Below are positions 29,446 to 39,614 of a stretch of DNA of 64,000 bases, piece by piece; position 1 is the first letter of the stretch, and the number at the start of each line of letters is the position of its first letter. Location of the stretch: IMG/VR virus record IMGVR_UViG_3300045988_183245. One strand, 5' to 3'. Position numbers and translations under genes: made by a program. The notes under the pieces are model-generated. The model was not told where the DNA came from, searched no databases, and was given only the letters and a program-made list of their open reading frames with translations. The stretch is from a virus.

Positions 29446-30606
29446 ATGAAAATCAAAAACAAGTTTTTACGGAGTACAGCGGCAATCATCGCTACGCTCC
29501 TAGCACTCAGCTTCACCGGCTGCGGTCAGAATCCGATAATATCGGAAAGTCCATCCAGCACCGGGGTCGTCTCAGAAAGCACTGCAAGCAGTGAACAGAC
29601 GGCTGGCGGTTCGGTGGACGGCAGCTTTACCATTCACTTTATAGACGTAGGGCAGGCGGATTCCGCCCTTATCACCTGCGACGGCCACTCAATGCTTATT
29701 GATGGCGGTAATGTCGATGATTCTAACCTCTTATATTCTGTTATGCAGCGTGAAACCGATGGGCACCTGGATTATGCCGTTGGGACTCACGCGCACGAAG
29801 ACCACATCGGCGGCTTGTCCGGTGCTTTTGAGGCCGTCACTGCGAACATGACTCTATGCCCTGTGACAGAATACGACAGCAAAGCATTTCGGGACTTTGC
29901 AAGCTACGCGGAGCAAAAAGGCGGAGGCATCACGATACCGGATGTGGGTGAAACCTACACTCTGGGGGAAGCGGAATTCACGATAGTTGGTGTTAATTCT
30001 GTTCCCGGTGACACGAACAATACTTCGATTGTTTTGCGTATTGTCTATGGAGACACCTCGTTCCTCTTTACCGGAGATGCGGAACAGGAAGCGGAAAACG
30101 TGATACTTGCATCGGGACAAGACATTCAGTCAACAGTTCTGAAAGTAGGGCACCATGGCTCAAGTACATCTACCTCAGAGGCTTTTCTGGATGCGGTAAA
30201 TCCAACATATGCTGTGATTTCTTGTGGCACAGGGAACAGTTACGGTCATCCACATCAGGAAACACTCGACAAGTTGCAAAACAAAGGTGTCGAGGTTTAT
30301 CGCACAGACCTGCTGGGTGATATTTACTGCACCTCGGATGGCAAAGAGGTAAGTTTCACTTCCGGTGAATATCATGATGAAAATCGGATTGAAGCCGGTA
30401 GTGCTGCAGATTCCAAGGATGAACAGGACAAAGCTTCACTTGTCATAGACGAGACATACGTTCTGAACACGAGCACTATGAAGTTTCACAAACCCGATTG
30501 CTCTGCAGTCGAATCGATGAGTCAAAAGAATCGAATCGACTATATGGGGCCCCGCGATGAGCTCATCCAGGAAGGGTATTCGGCGTGTGGGATTTGCAAA
30601 CCTTAA
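29446..30606 (+). CDS. MBL-fold metallo-hydrolase lipoprotein (ComEC/Rec2-type beta-lactamase domain) with a C-terminal Cys motif
   Basis: Lipobox LALSFTGC; HFIDVGQADSALI...DGG...GTHAHEDHIGG resembles a metallo-beta-lactamase HxHxDH. The C-terminus has HKPDC...CGIC. Confidence 0.6.
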   Translation: MKIKNKFLRSTAAIIATLLALSFTGCGQNPIISESPSSTGVVSESTASSEQTAGGSVDGSFTIHFIDVGQADSALITCDGHSMLIDGGNVDDSNLLYSVMQRETDGHLDYAVGTHAHEDHIGGLSGAFEAVTANMTLCPVTEYDSKAFRDFASYAEQKGGGITIPDVGETYTLGEAEFTIVGVNSVPGDTNNTSIVLRIVYGDTSFLFTGDAEQEAENVILASGQDIQSTVLKVGHHGSSTSTSEAFLDAVNPTYAVISCGTGNSYGHPHQETLDKLQNKGVEVYRTDLLGDIYCTSDGKEVSFTSGEYHDENRIEAGSAADSKDEQDKASLVIDETYVLNTSTMKFHKPDCSAVESMSQKNRIDYMGPRDELIQEGYSACGICKP

Positions 30607-30625
30607 AGGAAAGGGGCTAAAATTC

Positions 30626-30811
30626 ATGTGCAAAGAAATCGATAAATTTGCTGATGAGCTTTCTTCGGAAGAGCGCACCAAAGCAGCAGCTATGCTCCTA
30701 AAAATGGGCTGCAAAGCAAAGGATACTGTCAAAATGCTGATGCATACCTATGGCGTCTCTGAAGCACTTGCGACGGATTATCTGACTGAAGCGCAGAACA
30801 TTGACAGGTAA
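30626..30811 (+). CDS. small hypothetical protein (61 aa)
   Basis: RBS aaaggaaagggg with good spacing. Confidence 0.4.
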   Translation: MCKEIDKFADELSSEERTKAAAMLLKMGCKAKDTVKMLMHTYGVSEALATDYLTEAQNIDR

Positions 30812-30902
30812 TCACAGCGCCGTTCACCTTCTGGTGGGCGGCTTTTTTCATGCAGCAGCGCAAAACAATAGGGCAGCGACCGCAATGGCCGTTGCCCTGT
30901 TT

Positions 30903-31730
30903 TCATTTTTGTGTGAGATAGCTATAATGATGCATCTGCCGACGAATAAGCGCTTCACAACGATTGCAGATGTCATTGCCATACTCAGAACGGAATGCAT
31001 CGATTATGTCCTTTACATCATGCGAACCAAAAGAAAACCTCAATTGGATGCCATATAATCCCTCTGCAGCATCAAGCTGGTCATCAAAATGCCGCGAAAA
31101 CGGCTTTGCTTCTATTGCTTGCAGACAATCTTCTAATGGTCGTTCTAAAGGAAAATCCAAACTGGTGTCGGATAAGAGTGACAAGCCATTGTCGAACAAC
31201 GGACAGAGCGAATAGGTCTCATCGGTATCGTCATACAAAACAGCGATATTGTTCGTGTGGCGGTCCTCGTTCAAGAAGAAAGCATCAACTTCGAGCATTG
31301 CTGTCAGATATGGTCCAAAGTCTCTGATTCCGGTATGCTTCTCAACGAAATCAACCAAGAACTTGATTCTTTCTTGGACATCGCCCTGCTTTGCAGTATC
31401 AATGGCAAGGCTGCTACCGGTATAGCTGCGATAGAGCTTTTCGAGAGGTATTAGCGTGGCTCTGCTGTTCTTGAGAATAAAATTCTCACTTCTGCATCCA
31501 TTGTATGTCCGACCGTGATATAAAATCTTGGAATATTCGTACTTCACGAAAGGGTACTTGATACTGGACCTTTCAAGCAATGCAGACACGATGCTTTCGG
31601 CTAAGCCTTCGTATCCCATGTGGTCAGCCTTATACCAGTAGCCATCGTACTTCCATTTCAGCTGATTGCCTTTAGATGTGTGATTTAGAGTTTCTTGCGG
31701 CTCTAAGTTGTTGAAGTCAACAAGCTGCAT
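30903..31730 (-). CDS. HipA-like Ser/Thr kinase (CtkA/HipA family, short form)
   Basis: Catalytic-loop-like LNEDRHTNNIAV (compare HipA GNTDAHAKN) and CPLFDNGLS (compare PAYD). Confidence 0.55.
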   Translation of the reverse strand: MQLVDFNNLEPQETLNHTSKGNQLKWKYDGYWYKADHMGYEGLAESIVSALLERSSIKYPFVKYEYSKILYHGRTYNGCRSENFILKNSRATLIPLEKLYRSYTGSSLAIDTAKQGDVQERIKFLVDFVEKHTGIRDFGPYLTAMLEVDAFFLNEDRHTNNIAVLYDDTDETYSLCPLFDNGLSLLSDTSLDFPLERPLEDCLQAIEAKPFSRHFDDQLDAAEGLYGIQLRFSFGSHDVKDIIDAFRSEYGNDICNRCEALIRRQMHHYSYLTQK

Positions 31731-31742
31731 ATTGGCCTCCTG

Positions 31743-32345
31743 TTACGCGGCAGGTCTCTTAATAAGCTGCATCCACTGATGGTCACCTGCTATGCGGCCT
31801 TCCGTCTTCTCGATGATAAGGAGCGGGTCATAAAAAGGAACGCCCATATCACGCAGAATTTCCTTGATACCGGCCCGGCTCGCAGGAAGGCAACGGTCTT
31901 GCAGGAAAATCTCGAAATCTTTCCACGAAGGTTCTTCCACCACACCAAATGCGCGAAGAGGAATTTTATCTGTATAGTTTTTGATTTTGATTTTTTCGTG
32001 GCGGAAATCAACATCAATCGTAGTACAGAGCTGCTGCCTGTTCATGTAGTTGATACGCAGAGTATAATTCGGGTCGTCACTGAAATGCTGAGCTTTGTCG
32101 AGATACTTGTATATCGTCTGGCGGGAAACTTCGTATTTATCCGCGATAGCAGCTGCACTAAAACCGGAATTATGCAGCTCCACAATATCGACTATCTGGT
32201 CTTCAGATAAACAAGATTTCCTTCCCGCATTGCGTGGATTTTTTTGAGTGCATGGCACACTTTTGAGCTGTGCAGCATACTGGCGCAGCTGATTAAGGTC
32301 GGTGGTGCCAAAGATGTCTCTGATTTGCTCTTGATAAATATCCAT
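31743..32345 (-). CDS. HTH (resolvase/Hin-type) domain protein upstream of the HipA-like kinase
   Basis: QIVDIVELHNSGFSAAAIADKYEVSRQTIYKYL HTH. It is co-oriented with the kinase with a 12-nt gap. Confidence 0.5.
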   Translation of the reverse strand: MDIYQEQIRDIFGTTDLNQLRQYAAQLKSVPCTQKNPRNAGRKSCLSEDQIVDIVELHNSGFSAAAIADKYEVSRQTIYKYLDKAQHFSDDPNYTLRINYMNRQQLCTTIDVDFRHEKIKIKNYTDKIPLRAFGVVEEPSWKDFEIFLQDRCLPASRAGIKEILRDMGVPFYDPLLIIEKTEGRIAGDHQWMQLIKRPAA

Positions 32346-32639
32346 TGCAATACAACCCTCCTTTCACTCTAACTATACCAACACAGCACCAAATTGTCAA
32401 TAAATTAAATTGCAGACAAAGTCGCAAGCTCTGTCTGACCATTTTGTTTTTGCGGTTCAAATCCCAAATCATAGTTGCGTGCTTGTGCGAACCGACTACA
32501 ATAAAAATTGTACGATAGATAACATTCTATATCGAAAGGGTTTTATGCCTTTCGTACATTCACAATTTCGCTTAAAGGGCGGACTTCCTGTTTTTAGGGA
32601 GCCCGCCCTTTTTGTATGAACAAGAAGGAGCGTAATGCA

Positions 32640-33380
32640 ATGTTCAAAATTCACGATGACAAAGTCTATTTCGTCGCCGAAACCCCCGATATCAACAAAG
32701 TTATCGAAATCTTCCTACCTAAGGATGACCGTGGCACCATTATGGATTCACACGAAATCCGTGTGGACCTGTGCCGTGCCGTCATTCACATGGAGAAGAA
32801 GGGTGTCCGTGTCTTGAAGGTCCGCAACATTGAGGATACCAACAAGGCAAGCATCGACATCTGGCACATGCCGGAATATCAGGAGGCTGCAGAGTCTCCC
32901 GTAAGCGATGTGGTCAATGCCTGCATTGAGTCCTGCTTTGATTCCGGTGCAATGTTCAATCTGCCATGCAAAGCCAACCGCAAAACCCATGAAGTTTTTG
33001 CTGTCGAATGCTGCGCAAGCCCCGATGATGATGACTCGTTCAGTTATGCAGAAGTGAAAATCAACGGCAAGGATTATCCTATCAATTTTATTGACGATAT
33101 TCTTCTCGAAAACAATGTTGATGATGCGCTGGATGAGTTTTATAGAATTCAGCAGACAGGCGAGTATTGGCAGCCTGATGGCAACAAAACGCTGGATGAT
33201 GCCATTCACGAATGTCGTTGGGCTATCCTGAAGGATGCCATCCAGAAGCGCGGACATGAGGCTGTTGCTGATTTTGTCGGGACCGACATTTCCAGCGATA
33301 CTTACGACCGCGTGATGGATGAAACCGAAGCCCAGATGCCGGACGAAGAGTTCGAGCGCTTCTGGGAAAAGTACATCTAA
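32640..33380 (+). CDS. hypothetical acidic protein (246 aa)
   Basis: RBS aaggag 9 nt upstream of the second ATG. Confidence 0.45.
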   Translation: MFKIHDDKVYFVAETPDINKVIEIFLPKDDRGTIMDSHEIRVDLCRAVIHMEKKGVRVLKVRNIEDTNKASIDIWHMPEYQEAAESPVSDVVNACIESCFDSGAMFNLPCKANRKTHEVFAVECCASPDDDDSFSYAEVKINGKDYPINFIDDILLENNVDDALDEFYRIQQTGEYWQPDGNKTLDDAIHECRWAILKDAIQKRGHEAVADFVGTDISSDTYDRVMDETEAQMPDEEFERFWEKYI

Positions 33381-33415
33381 GAAACATCTCACACACAGAA
33401 AGGGAGCATATTACT

Positions 33416-33742
33416 ATGGCTATTTTCAATACCAACGAATTTCTCCGCAAAACCTTCAGCAAGACCATCTTTGGTACTGCTGCACTTCGTCCGGAAGCAG
33501 TTTGTGCAGACGGCTTCACCCTGTCGATTCAGGCAAGCGGCATGCACTACTGCATACCGAACGAAGACCTGTCGGACGGCAATTACTCTAAGGTCGAACT
33601 CAGCTACTTGTCTGAGGAGGTCGAAGAGTTTCTGCCGTTTGCTGAAGACGACGAGGCACCGCTGGCTACGGTCTACGGGTATGTGCCCGTAGAAACCGTA
33701 GACGCGGTTCTGGCCAAGCACGGCGGTATCGTCAACGCGTGA
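33416..33742 (+). CDS. hypothetical protein (108 aa)
   Basis: RBS aagggag. Confidence 0.4.
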   Translation: MAIFNTNEFLRKTFSKTIFGTAALRPEAVCADGFTLSIQASGMHYCIPNEDLSDGNYSKVELSYLSEEVEEFLPFAEDDEAPLATVYGYVPVETVDAVLAKHGGIVNA

Positions 33743-33758
33743 GGGGAGGGAACTTACG

Positions 33759-34085
33759 ATGGAAGTATTCACTATCATCGCCAATGAGGTCATTGGCTTA
33801 TCCGCAACGGAATGCACACTGATTCAGTTTAGCTACAATCCGGAGCAAATCCGTGACCCCGAAACGGTCCTGCGCAGTGCTGTCAAGGACTATCTCAAGA
33901 CGGATGAAGGCAAACGACAGCTGGAAATCAACTGTGGTTGCTGGAACTGGGGCGATGTCGATGACATTCCCGGCTCGTTCTTCTTGAACTATGGTCTGAC
34001 TAAAATCGCTCCGCCGGATGTGAATGTTGTCGTCGACCGCAACGAGAACTTCATGGACAACTACGAGGATTGCGAGGAAGAATAA
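33759..34085 (+). CDS. hypothetical protein (108 aa)
   Basis: RBS gagggag. Confidence 0.4.
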   Translation: MEVFTIIANEVIGLSATECTLIQFSYNPEQIRDPETVLRSAVKDYLKTDEGKRQLEINCGCWNWGDVDDIPGSFFLNYGLTKIAPPDVNVVVDRNENFMDNYEDCEEE

Positions 34086-34103
34086 CAGAAAGGGCATGAA
34101 AAA

Positions 34104-34844
34104 ATGCGTATTTATAGCGCAAACAACGTATTCATAGAAGTTACGCGCCGATGCAATATGTGCTGTGCGCACTGCCTGCGCGGAGATGCCGAAAGCATCG
34201 ATATTCAGGAGAAGTACATCGATGCTTTTCTCGACAACTTTGAGAAGGGAGCTTATATCAGCTCTCTTACCTTTACCGGTGGGGAAATCTCTCTGAATAT
34301 ACCGGCAATTCGATACACCTTGAAAGCTGTCAAAGAGCGCGGTATCGCCGTTGGAAGCTTTTACATGGTCACTAACGGAAAAGCTGTCGATAAGATGGCT
34401 GACCTTGCTATGGCGAGTCTGGAGTGGTGGGCCTACTGCGATGAAAAAGATGACTATATGTGCGGTCTTTGCATCAGCAGTGATAACTTCCACGAAGTAA
34501 TCCCGTATGAAAGTAAAAGTATCCTTAGTGGCTTGAAATATAACCGTAACGATAAGGTAACGGACTTTCATCTGGCTTATTTACTGAACGAAGGGCGTGC
34601 TAAGAATCTCGATTCGAATATCTATAAGAAGCGTGAACCTCATGTAGACAAGCTCGAATACGAATTCAACAAAACCGGCGATATCGACTTTTACAGCGGC
34701 GAGCTGTACTTGAACGCCATCGGTGATGTCGTTTCCGGCTGTGATTGGTCCTACAAGTCGCAGAAGAAATATCGTTTTGGTAATGTAATGAACAAAAACT
34801 GGCTGGAGAACATTTCCAACAGCGAGTTGTACATTGCAAGCTAA
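34104..34844 (+). CDS. radical SAM domain protein (small; NrdG/QueE-like)
   Basis: CNMCCAHC gives the Cx3Cx2C cluster, and TFTGGEISL is a GGE SAM-binding motif. Confidence 0.55.
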   Translation: MRIYSANNVFIEVTRRCNMCCAHCLRGDAESIDIQEKYIDAFLDNFEKGAYISSLTFTGGEISLNIPAIRYTLKAVKERGIAVGSFYMVTNGKAVDKMADLAMASLEWWAYCDEKDDYMCGLCISSDNFHEVIPYESKSILSGLKYNRNDKVTDFHLAYLLNEGRAKNLDSNIYKKREPHVDKLEYEFNKTGDIDFYSGELYLNAIGDVVSGCDWSYKSQKKYRFGNVMNKNWLENISNSELYIAS

Positions 34845-34869
34845 ACCATATCACAAAATCCGCGCCAAG

Positions 34870-37035
34870 GAAACCCACTGCGTGAGCGGTGGGAGGAATT
34901 GGCGCATGAGTTTTCAAGAATGATGAATGTGTACAATCTGTAAATAAGAAAGCTACTTGATTTCTTTTTGCATCAAAAAATATTATAATACCGATATAAT
35001 CAATCAAAGAAAGGAGGGCTATTATGGCTTTCGGAAACAAGAATAGCACGCCATCGTTTGCGTTGACTCTTTCCATGAAGGTCAGCAAACAGGATGAAAT
35101 TTTTCTTTCAAAAAAGTTTCGCATCGGATGTACGGTTTACAACCAAATGGTTACGAAAACCACAAAAATGTGGCATCAGCTGCGCAAAACACGTGAATAT
35201 AAAAACCTTATAAAAGCCATAAAAGTCGCTCCCGCCAACAGAGATGAACGGAAAGCACTTTTGGTGCAGCGTTCCAATCTGATTAAGCAAGCGGGCTTTT
35301 CTGAGGGTGCGTTCCACAAGTTGGTTGTGCCCTACCAGAAAGCGTACAACGTAAATTGCGATGTCGCTCAAAAAGTTGCGTCCGCCGTCTGGAAAGCGTG
35401 GGATGACTTCTTTTATGGAAAAGGAAAGACCGTACACTATAAAAAGTTGGACGATTTTGTGACCCTTTCCGGAAAGAAAAACAACAGCGGTATATTCTTT
35501 CGCCCGGCAAACCATACGGTGAGTTCGATGGAATCCGCTAAGCGAAAAGCGAAAAACTCTATCGAGAAAAAATACTTCGATGCGTACAGAAAACCCGACG
35601 CTAAAAAAGACGAAGAAGTAGTTCTTCCCGATGAAGTAAAAGCGCAAATGGACAAAGAGGTTGCCGATGCCACGGCGAAAATCAAACCGTATATCGGAGA
35701 AGGTAATCTGCGTATCATTTACGAGAAACACGAATTCCTTGTCAAAGTGCGCAACCCCGATACTCAAACTGGATGGTATCAACAGGAAGCGCTCAAATGC
35801 GGTGTGAAGTATTGCCGGATTGTTCGCTCATGGGTCGGCACCAAATGGAAGTATTACGCTCAACTTGTTTTGGAAGGCTATCCGCCCATCAAATGCGACA
35901 GTAACGGGGTCATAAAACACCCTGTTAAGCAGGGCCGCATTGGTATAGATATCGGCACACAGACTATCACGTTTTGCGGTAAAGATGTTTGCGACCTTCG
36001 TGTACTTGCACCGTCTGCCATAGCGGAAGCTCGCAATGGTCTTACCAAGGAAATCGCTCGCATTATGCGGCAAATGGACCGTTCGCGCCGTGCGATGAAT
36101 CCGCAATACTTTAACAAAAACGGAACCATCAAACGGCTAAAACGCAAGAACGGATATAAGCAAATTCGTCATTGGAACTATAGCAAAAACTATTATCGGC
36201 TGCTGTACAGGCTGCGGAATTTGAACCGCAAGCTTGCTGCCGTACGCAAGGCGGAGCATTATATTCTCGCCAACGAATTGCTGACATACGGCAACGAATT
36301 CGTAGTTGAAGATATGAACTACAAAGCCTTGCAGAAGCGCAGCAAGAAAACGAAAACCAACCCCAAAACCGGTAGAGCGCATTCCAAAAAGCGGTTTGGC
36401 AAATCTATAGGACGCTGCGCTCCAGCTTTGTTTATCACCATTTTGGGGCAAAAAGCAAGTCGTTGCGGAGGCAGTGTTATCAAGGTCAGTACCTTTGAAA
36501 CAAAAGCTTCGCAGTTTGACCATACCGACGATAGTTTTACCAAGAAAAAATTGTCCCAGCGTTTTGCTAAACTTTCTGACGGAACCGTTGTCCAAAGAGA
36601 TTTGTATTCCGCATTCCTTTTATTACATCTTAGGAAGAACCTTCAATCCTATAACAAGAAAACCATTAAAAAAGATTTCCCGCAGTTTAAGATGCTGCAC
36701 GACAAAACAAAAGAACGCTTGCAAAACAGCCACGAGTGGCTGCCTTGTAGCGTTGGCTTCTAAAGCACCTATAATTTAAGGGGGTTCGACGTAGCCCCAT
36801 TGATTGCCTTGAAGTGCCGCTTTCAGTAGCACTTGATAGGTGAAACCCTTGTCAAGGGGATATCTACACTTTTTATGCTGGCTCTTCGGGCATTTTGCCC
36901 TGCCTTTAAGCTTCGCTTTGGGTAGTAAGTACACTGGTCTATCGAAAGATAGTGTATCTGGCAGCTTTACGCTGTTGGAAAACCCTGTAACTGCATTGCG
37001 TCAGCATAGAATCCCACTCCGTGAGGGGTGGGAGT
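34870..37035 (+). mobile_element. IS200/IS605-family tnpB-only element
   Basis: Flanking hairpins cccactgcgtgagcggtggg (34874-34893) and cccactccgtgaggggtggg (37013-37032); the internal tnpB-like gene is intact. Confidence 0.6.
35024..36763 (+). CDS. tnpB: TnpB-like RuvC-fold protein lacking the canonical zinc finger (579 aa)
   Basis: GIDIGTQT (RuvC-I), VEDMNYKAL (RuvC-II), and QRDLYSAFLL in place of DRDvNAAiNI. No CxxC...CxxC. It is the intact paralog of the frameshifted copy at 9405-11151. Confidence 0.65.
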   Translation: MAFGNKNSTPSFALTLSMKVSKQDEIFLSKKFRIGCTVYNQMVTKTTKMWHQLRKTREYKNLIKAIKVAPANRDERKALLVQRSNLIKQAGFSEGAFHKLVVPYQKAYNVNCDVAQKVASAVWKAWDDFFYGKGKTVHYKKLDDFVTLSGKKNNSGIFFRPANHTVSSMESAKRKAKNSIEKKYFDAYRKPDAKKDEEVVLPDEVKAQMDKEVADATAKIKPYIGEGNLRIIYEKHEFLVKVRNPDTQTGWYQQEALKCGVKYCRIVRSWVGTKWKYYAQLVLEGYPPIKCDSNGVIKHPVKQGRIGIDIGTQTITFCGKDVCDLRVLAPSAIAEARNGLTKEIARIMRQMDRSRRAMNPQYFNKNGTIKRLKRKNGYKQIRHWNYSKNYYRLLYRLRNLNRKLAAVRKAEHYILANELLTYGNEFVVEDMNYKALQKRSKKTKTNPKTGRAHSKKRFGKSIGRCAPALFITILGQKASRCGGSVIKVSTFETKASQFDHTDDSFTKKKLSQRFAKLSDGTVVQRDLYSAFLLLHLRKNLQSYNKKTIKKDFPQFKMLHDKTKERLQNSHEWLPCSVGF

Positions 37036-37102
37036 ACGTCAATTATACATTGCCACTGTTTTCCTACAGAAACGGTGGCTTTCTTAGAAAAGGAGACCAC
37101 AA

Positions 37103-38536
37103 ATGACTGAAACAAAAGACATGTTTGAACAAATCAGCGCCATCTTAACCGATAAGAAAGATAAGCCGTTTTCCTATGAGGAGCTTGCAGCAATGCTCAA
37201 AACTGACCCTGATGCCCTCAAAACCTTTGATGAGGTCTATAAGACACAGGTTCTTGAAAGCGGAGAGCTGCATGAAAATATGCTCCAGTGGGATACAGCT
37301 ACAGTCAAAGCAATTTTCGACAAAAAGGTCTACTTCCCACCGGAACTCAATTCGCTCATTGACCGCATCGTCACAGAACTGGTGCTTGAAACGCGTCTGT
37401 ACATCTACAACGCGGAACGCGGTGGCTATTATGTGACATACTCTGCCAACCGCGACTTTATGACAGAGGTTACAAACGAGGAGTTGATACGCTACCCCGA
37501 AGAACTCCGTCCGCAGCTCACCGGAAAGTTGATGAAGATTGACATTTCTGAGCCGTCGTACAAGGAACTGCTTCAAAACTACGCAGGCTACAAGAATGCA
37601 AAGAACGACAGCACAAAAATGTTCTACTACAACATGTTCCGTCAAGGTCTTGACATCCTCGACCTTGATGACTTCACTTATCAGATGCTTGAGATGAACC
37701 CCAACTCTATGGGTTTCTGGTTTCCTCCTCTGGTAGAGGGATTGTACGGCAGCGCATTTTTCAAGGTTCCGGACACAAAAATTCTTCGCGTACCTATTAC
37801 CATGCTGCAGCTTACCCGCCTTGGTTTCGAGACGTTGAATCCCGTTACAAAGGAAATCGTGAACCGTTATTGCCAGAAAGTCTTCCATCTTGATGGATAC
37901 GAAGACTATTTTATCAAAACGGGCACGTATTCTTCCAAATACGAATTCCGCAACGCTCATATCCATAACCCGAAGGAAATCAATGAGATGGGCGAGTATT
38001 TCTTGTTTTTGAATCATCTGACATGCTCGATGGCATCCCCTCTGAACAATCGCTGCTTCTACGGCGCGAACACCACGAACGAGTGGGTCGTCAGAGAATA
38101 CATTAAGGACAAAGAAAATAACCCCACCATCTACAACGGTTTGCCGCTGCACACTGAATATCGCGTGTTTGTGGATTTTGATACAAAGGAAATCCTTGGC
38201 GCAAGTCCTTATTGGCGCAGCGATGTTATGAAGAACGAATTCAAAAAAGTCAGCAGCCCACAGGAACGCCATGATTATGTTGTCTACAAGATGCATGAAG
38301 ACATTCTGAACCAGCGTTACCACGAAAGCGTTCAAACTGTTCTGGCTGAACTGAAGAAGGTTATTCCTCGCATTGAGTTGACAGGGCAGTGGAGCGTCGA
38401 TGTAATGCGCAACGGCAATGATTACTACATCATTGATATGGCGCTTGCTGAGAACTCTGCTCTGAATGACTGCGTGCCGAGTAACCGCCTTCGTGCTTAT
38501 CCGCAGCAGTGGCTGCCGGGTGAATCGAACAGCTGA
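37103..38536 (+). CDS. ATP-grasp-like domain protein (477 aa)
   Basis: The C-terminal EYRVFVDFD...SVDVMRNGNDYYIIDMALAENS resembles an ATP-grasp core (..YRV.V..D...E.N). The antisense ORF is rejected. Confidence 0.4.
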   Translation: MTETKDMFEQISAILTDKKDKPFSYEELAAMLKTDPDALKTFDEVYKTQVLESGELHENMLQWDTATVKAIFDKKVYFPPELNSLIDRIVTELVLETRLYIYNAERGGYYVTYSANRDFMTEVTNEELIRYPEELRPQLTGKLMKIDISEPSYKELLQNYAGYKNAKNDSTKMFYYNMFRQGLDILDLDDFTYQMLEMNPNSMGFWFPPLVEGLYGSAFFKVPDTKILRVPITMLQLTRLGFETLNPVTKEIVNRYCQKVFHLDGYEDYFIKTGTYSSKYEFRNAHIHNPKEINEMGEYFLFLNHLTCSMASPLNNRCFYGANTTNEWVVREYIKDKENNPTIYNGLPLHTEYRVFVDFDTKEILGASPYWRSDVMKNEFKKVSSPQERHDYVVYKMHEDILNQRYHESVQTVLAELKKVIPRIELTGQWSVDVMRNGNDYYIIDMALAENSALNDCVPSNRLRAYPQQWLPGESNS

Positions 38537-38657
38537 TACTCCTAGAACGAAACTTTGATTCGGATTCTTTCAGCAGAAAGCGTAGGAACCAAAATCATAC
38601 GAAATGATTGTGTTAACACATAAAAACAAGTATAATATATGCAAGGAAGTGATAATA

Positions 38658-39110
38658 ATGGTTCTGTATCATGGCAGCGATGTAATAGTCCGCAACCCTG
38701 AGGTCAGAAAAACAAGGTACGCCAAAGATTTTTCATGGGGATTCTATTGCACTAGCAACTACGAACAAGCCGCTCGCTGGTCAAAAAAAGGCAGGTCTCG
38801 TGGTATTGTCAACGTGTTTGAATATACAGAATCTCCCATGCTAAATATTAAGAAATTCCCCGAAATGAGTGATGAGTGGCTTGATTTTATTGCTATATGT
38901 CGCTCGGGCAAACATCATGACTATGATATTGTGGAAGGACCCATGGCGGATGACACCATTTGGAACTACGTCAACGACTTTCTAAGCGGTGATATTAGCC
39001 GTGAAGCTTTTTGGGCGTTGGCAAAATTCAAGCATCCCACGCATCAAATCAGCTTTCACACGGAAGTCGCTTTGAAATGTCTCTCTTTTAAGGAGGCGAT
39101 TGAAGTATGA
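38658..39110 (+). CDS. DUF3990-like protein
   Basis: MVLYHGS...DFSWGFYCTS...QAARWSKK matches the remembered DUF3990 N-terminal pattern. Confidence 0.5.
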   Translation: MVLYHGSDVIVRNPEVRKTRYAKDFSWGFYCTSNYEQAARWSKKGRSRGIVNVFEYTESPMLNIKKFPEMSDEWLDFIAICRSGKHHDYDIVEGPMADDTIWNYVNDFLSGDISREAFWALAKFKHPTHQISFHTEVALKCLSFKEAIEV

Positions 39111-39556
39111 CTGAAACTGCAACCTACAGCAAAAACGATGTCTTTTATACCTGCAGCCTGATTGAATATATCGGCCGCGTTACGAGGAATCATCGCAAGG
39201 ATGTGGTTTCTGCTCTTGGCACAAACGGAGTCAAGGCAATTCTCGACTCAGCGGATGTGTTTCACTGCCAGAGCTTTGAGCAATCTGCCGATGAAATTTG
39301 TGAGCTTTTTCCTGTGCCGGAAGGAACGTATGATACGGTGTCTAACTGCCACTACAAGGTTCCATCTTATACAGATATCGGAAAAGTGTACCAGCGCATC
39401 ATCTTTGACTGTACTAGCACTCCTGGTGTCCAGGATGTAATTGATGTATTTTCCTCGTTCATTAGCGATGACATCTCAGATTTTAATACTGCAACTTACT
39501 ATTGTAATCCGAGCTATTTGTACCACTCATACAAGGCCGGAAAACTACTGGATTGA
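39107..39556 (+). CDS. DUF3791-like protein (a partner of DUF3990)
   Basis: 4-nt overlap with the upstream gene; this is the typical DUF3990/DUF3791 pairing in Clostridia. Confidence 0.4.
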   Translation: MTETATYSKNDVFYTCSLIEYIGRVTRNHRKDVVSALGTNGVKAILDSADVFHCQSFEQSADEICELFPVPEGTYDTVSNCHYKVPSYTDIGKVYQRIIFDCTSTPGVQDVIDVFSSFISDDISDFNTATYYCNPSYLYHSYKAGKLLD

Positions 39557-39577
39557 TTTTCAAAAGCAATAGCAATC

Positions 39578-39614
39578 AAGACCACTGCCCCAAAAAGGGT
39601 GGTGGTCTTATTTT
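39578..39614 (+). terminator. rho-independent terminator
   Basis: gaccac...ggtggtc followed by a T9 run. Confidence 0.55.

Noticed and set aside
37145-38335. 396-aa minus-strand ORF
   Set aside because: Antisense to the ATP-grasp-like gene; no motifs.
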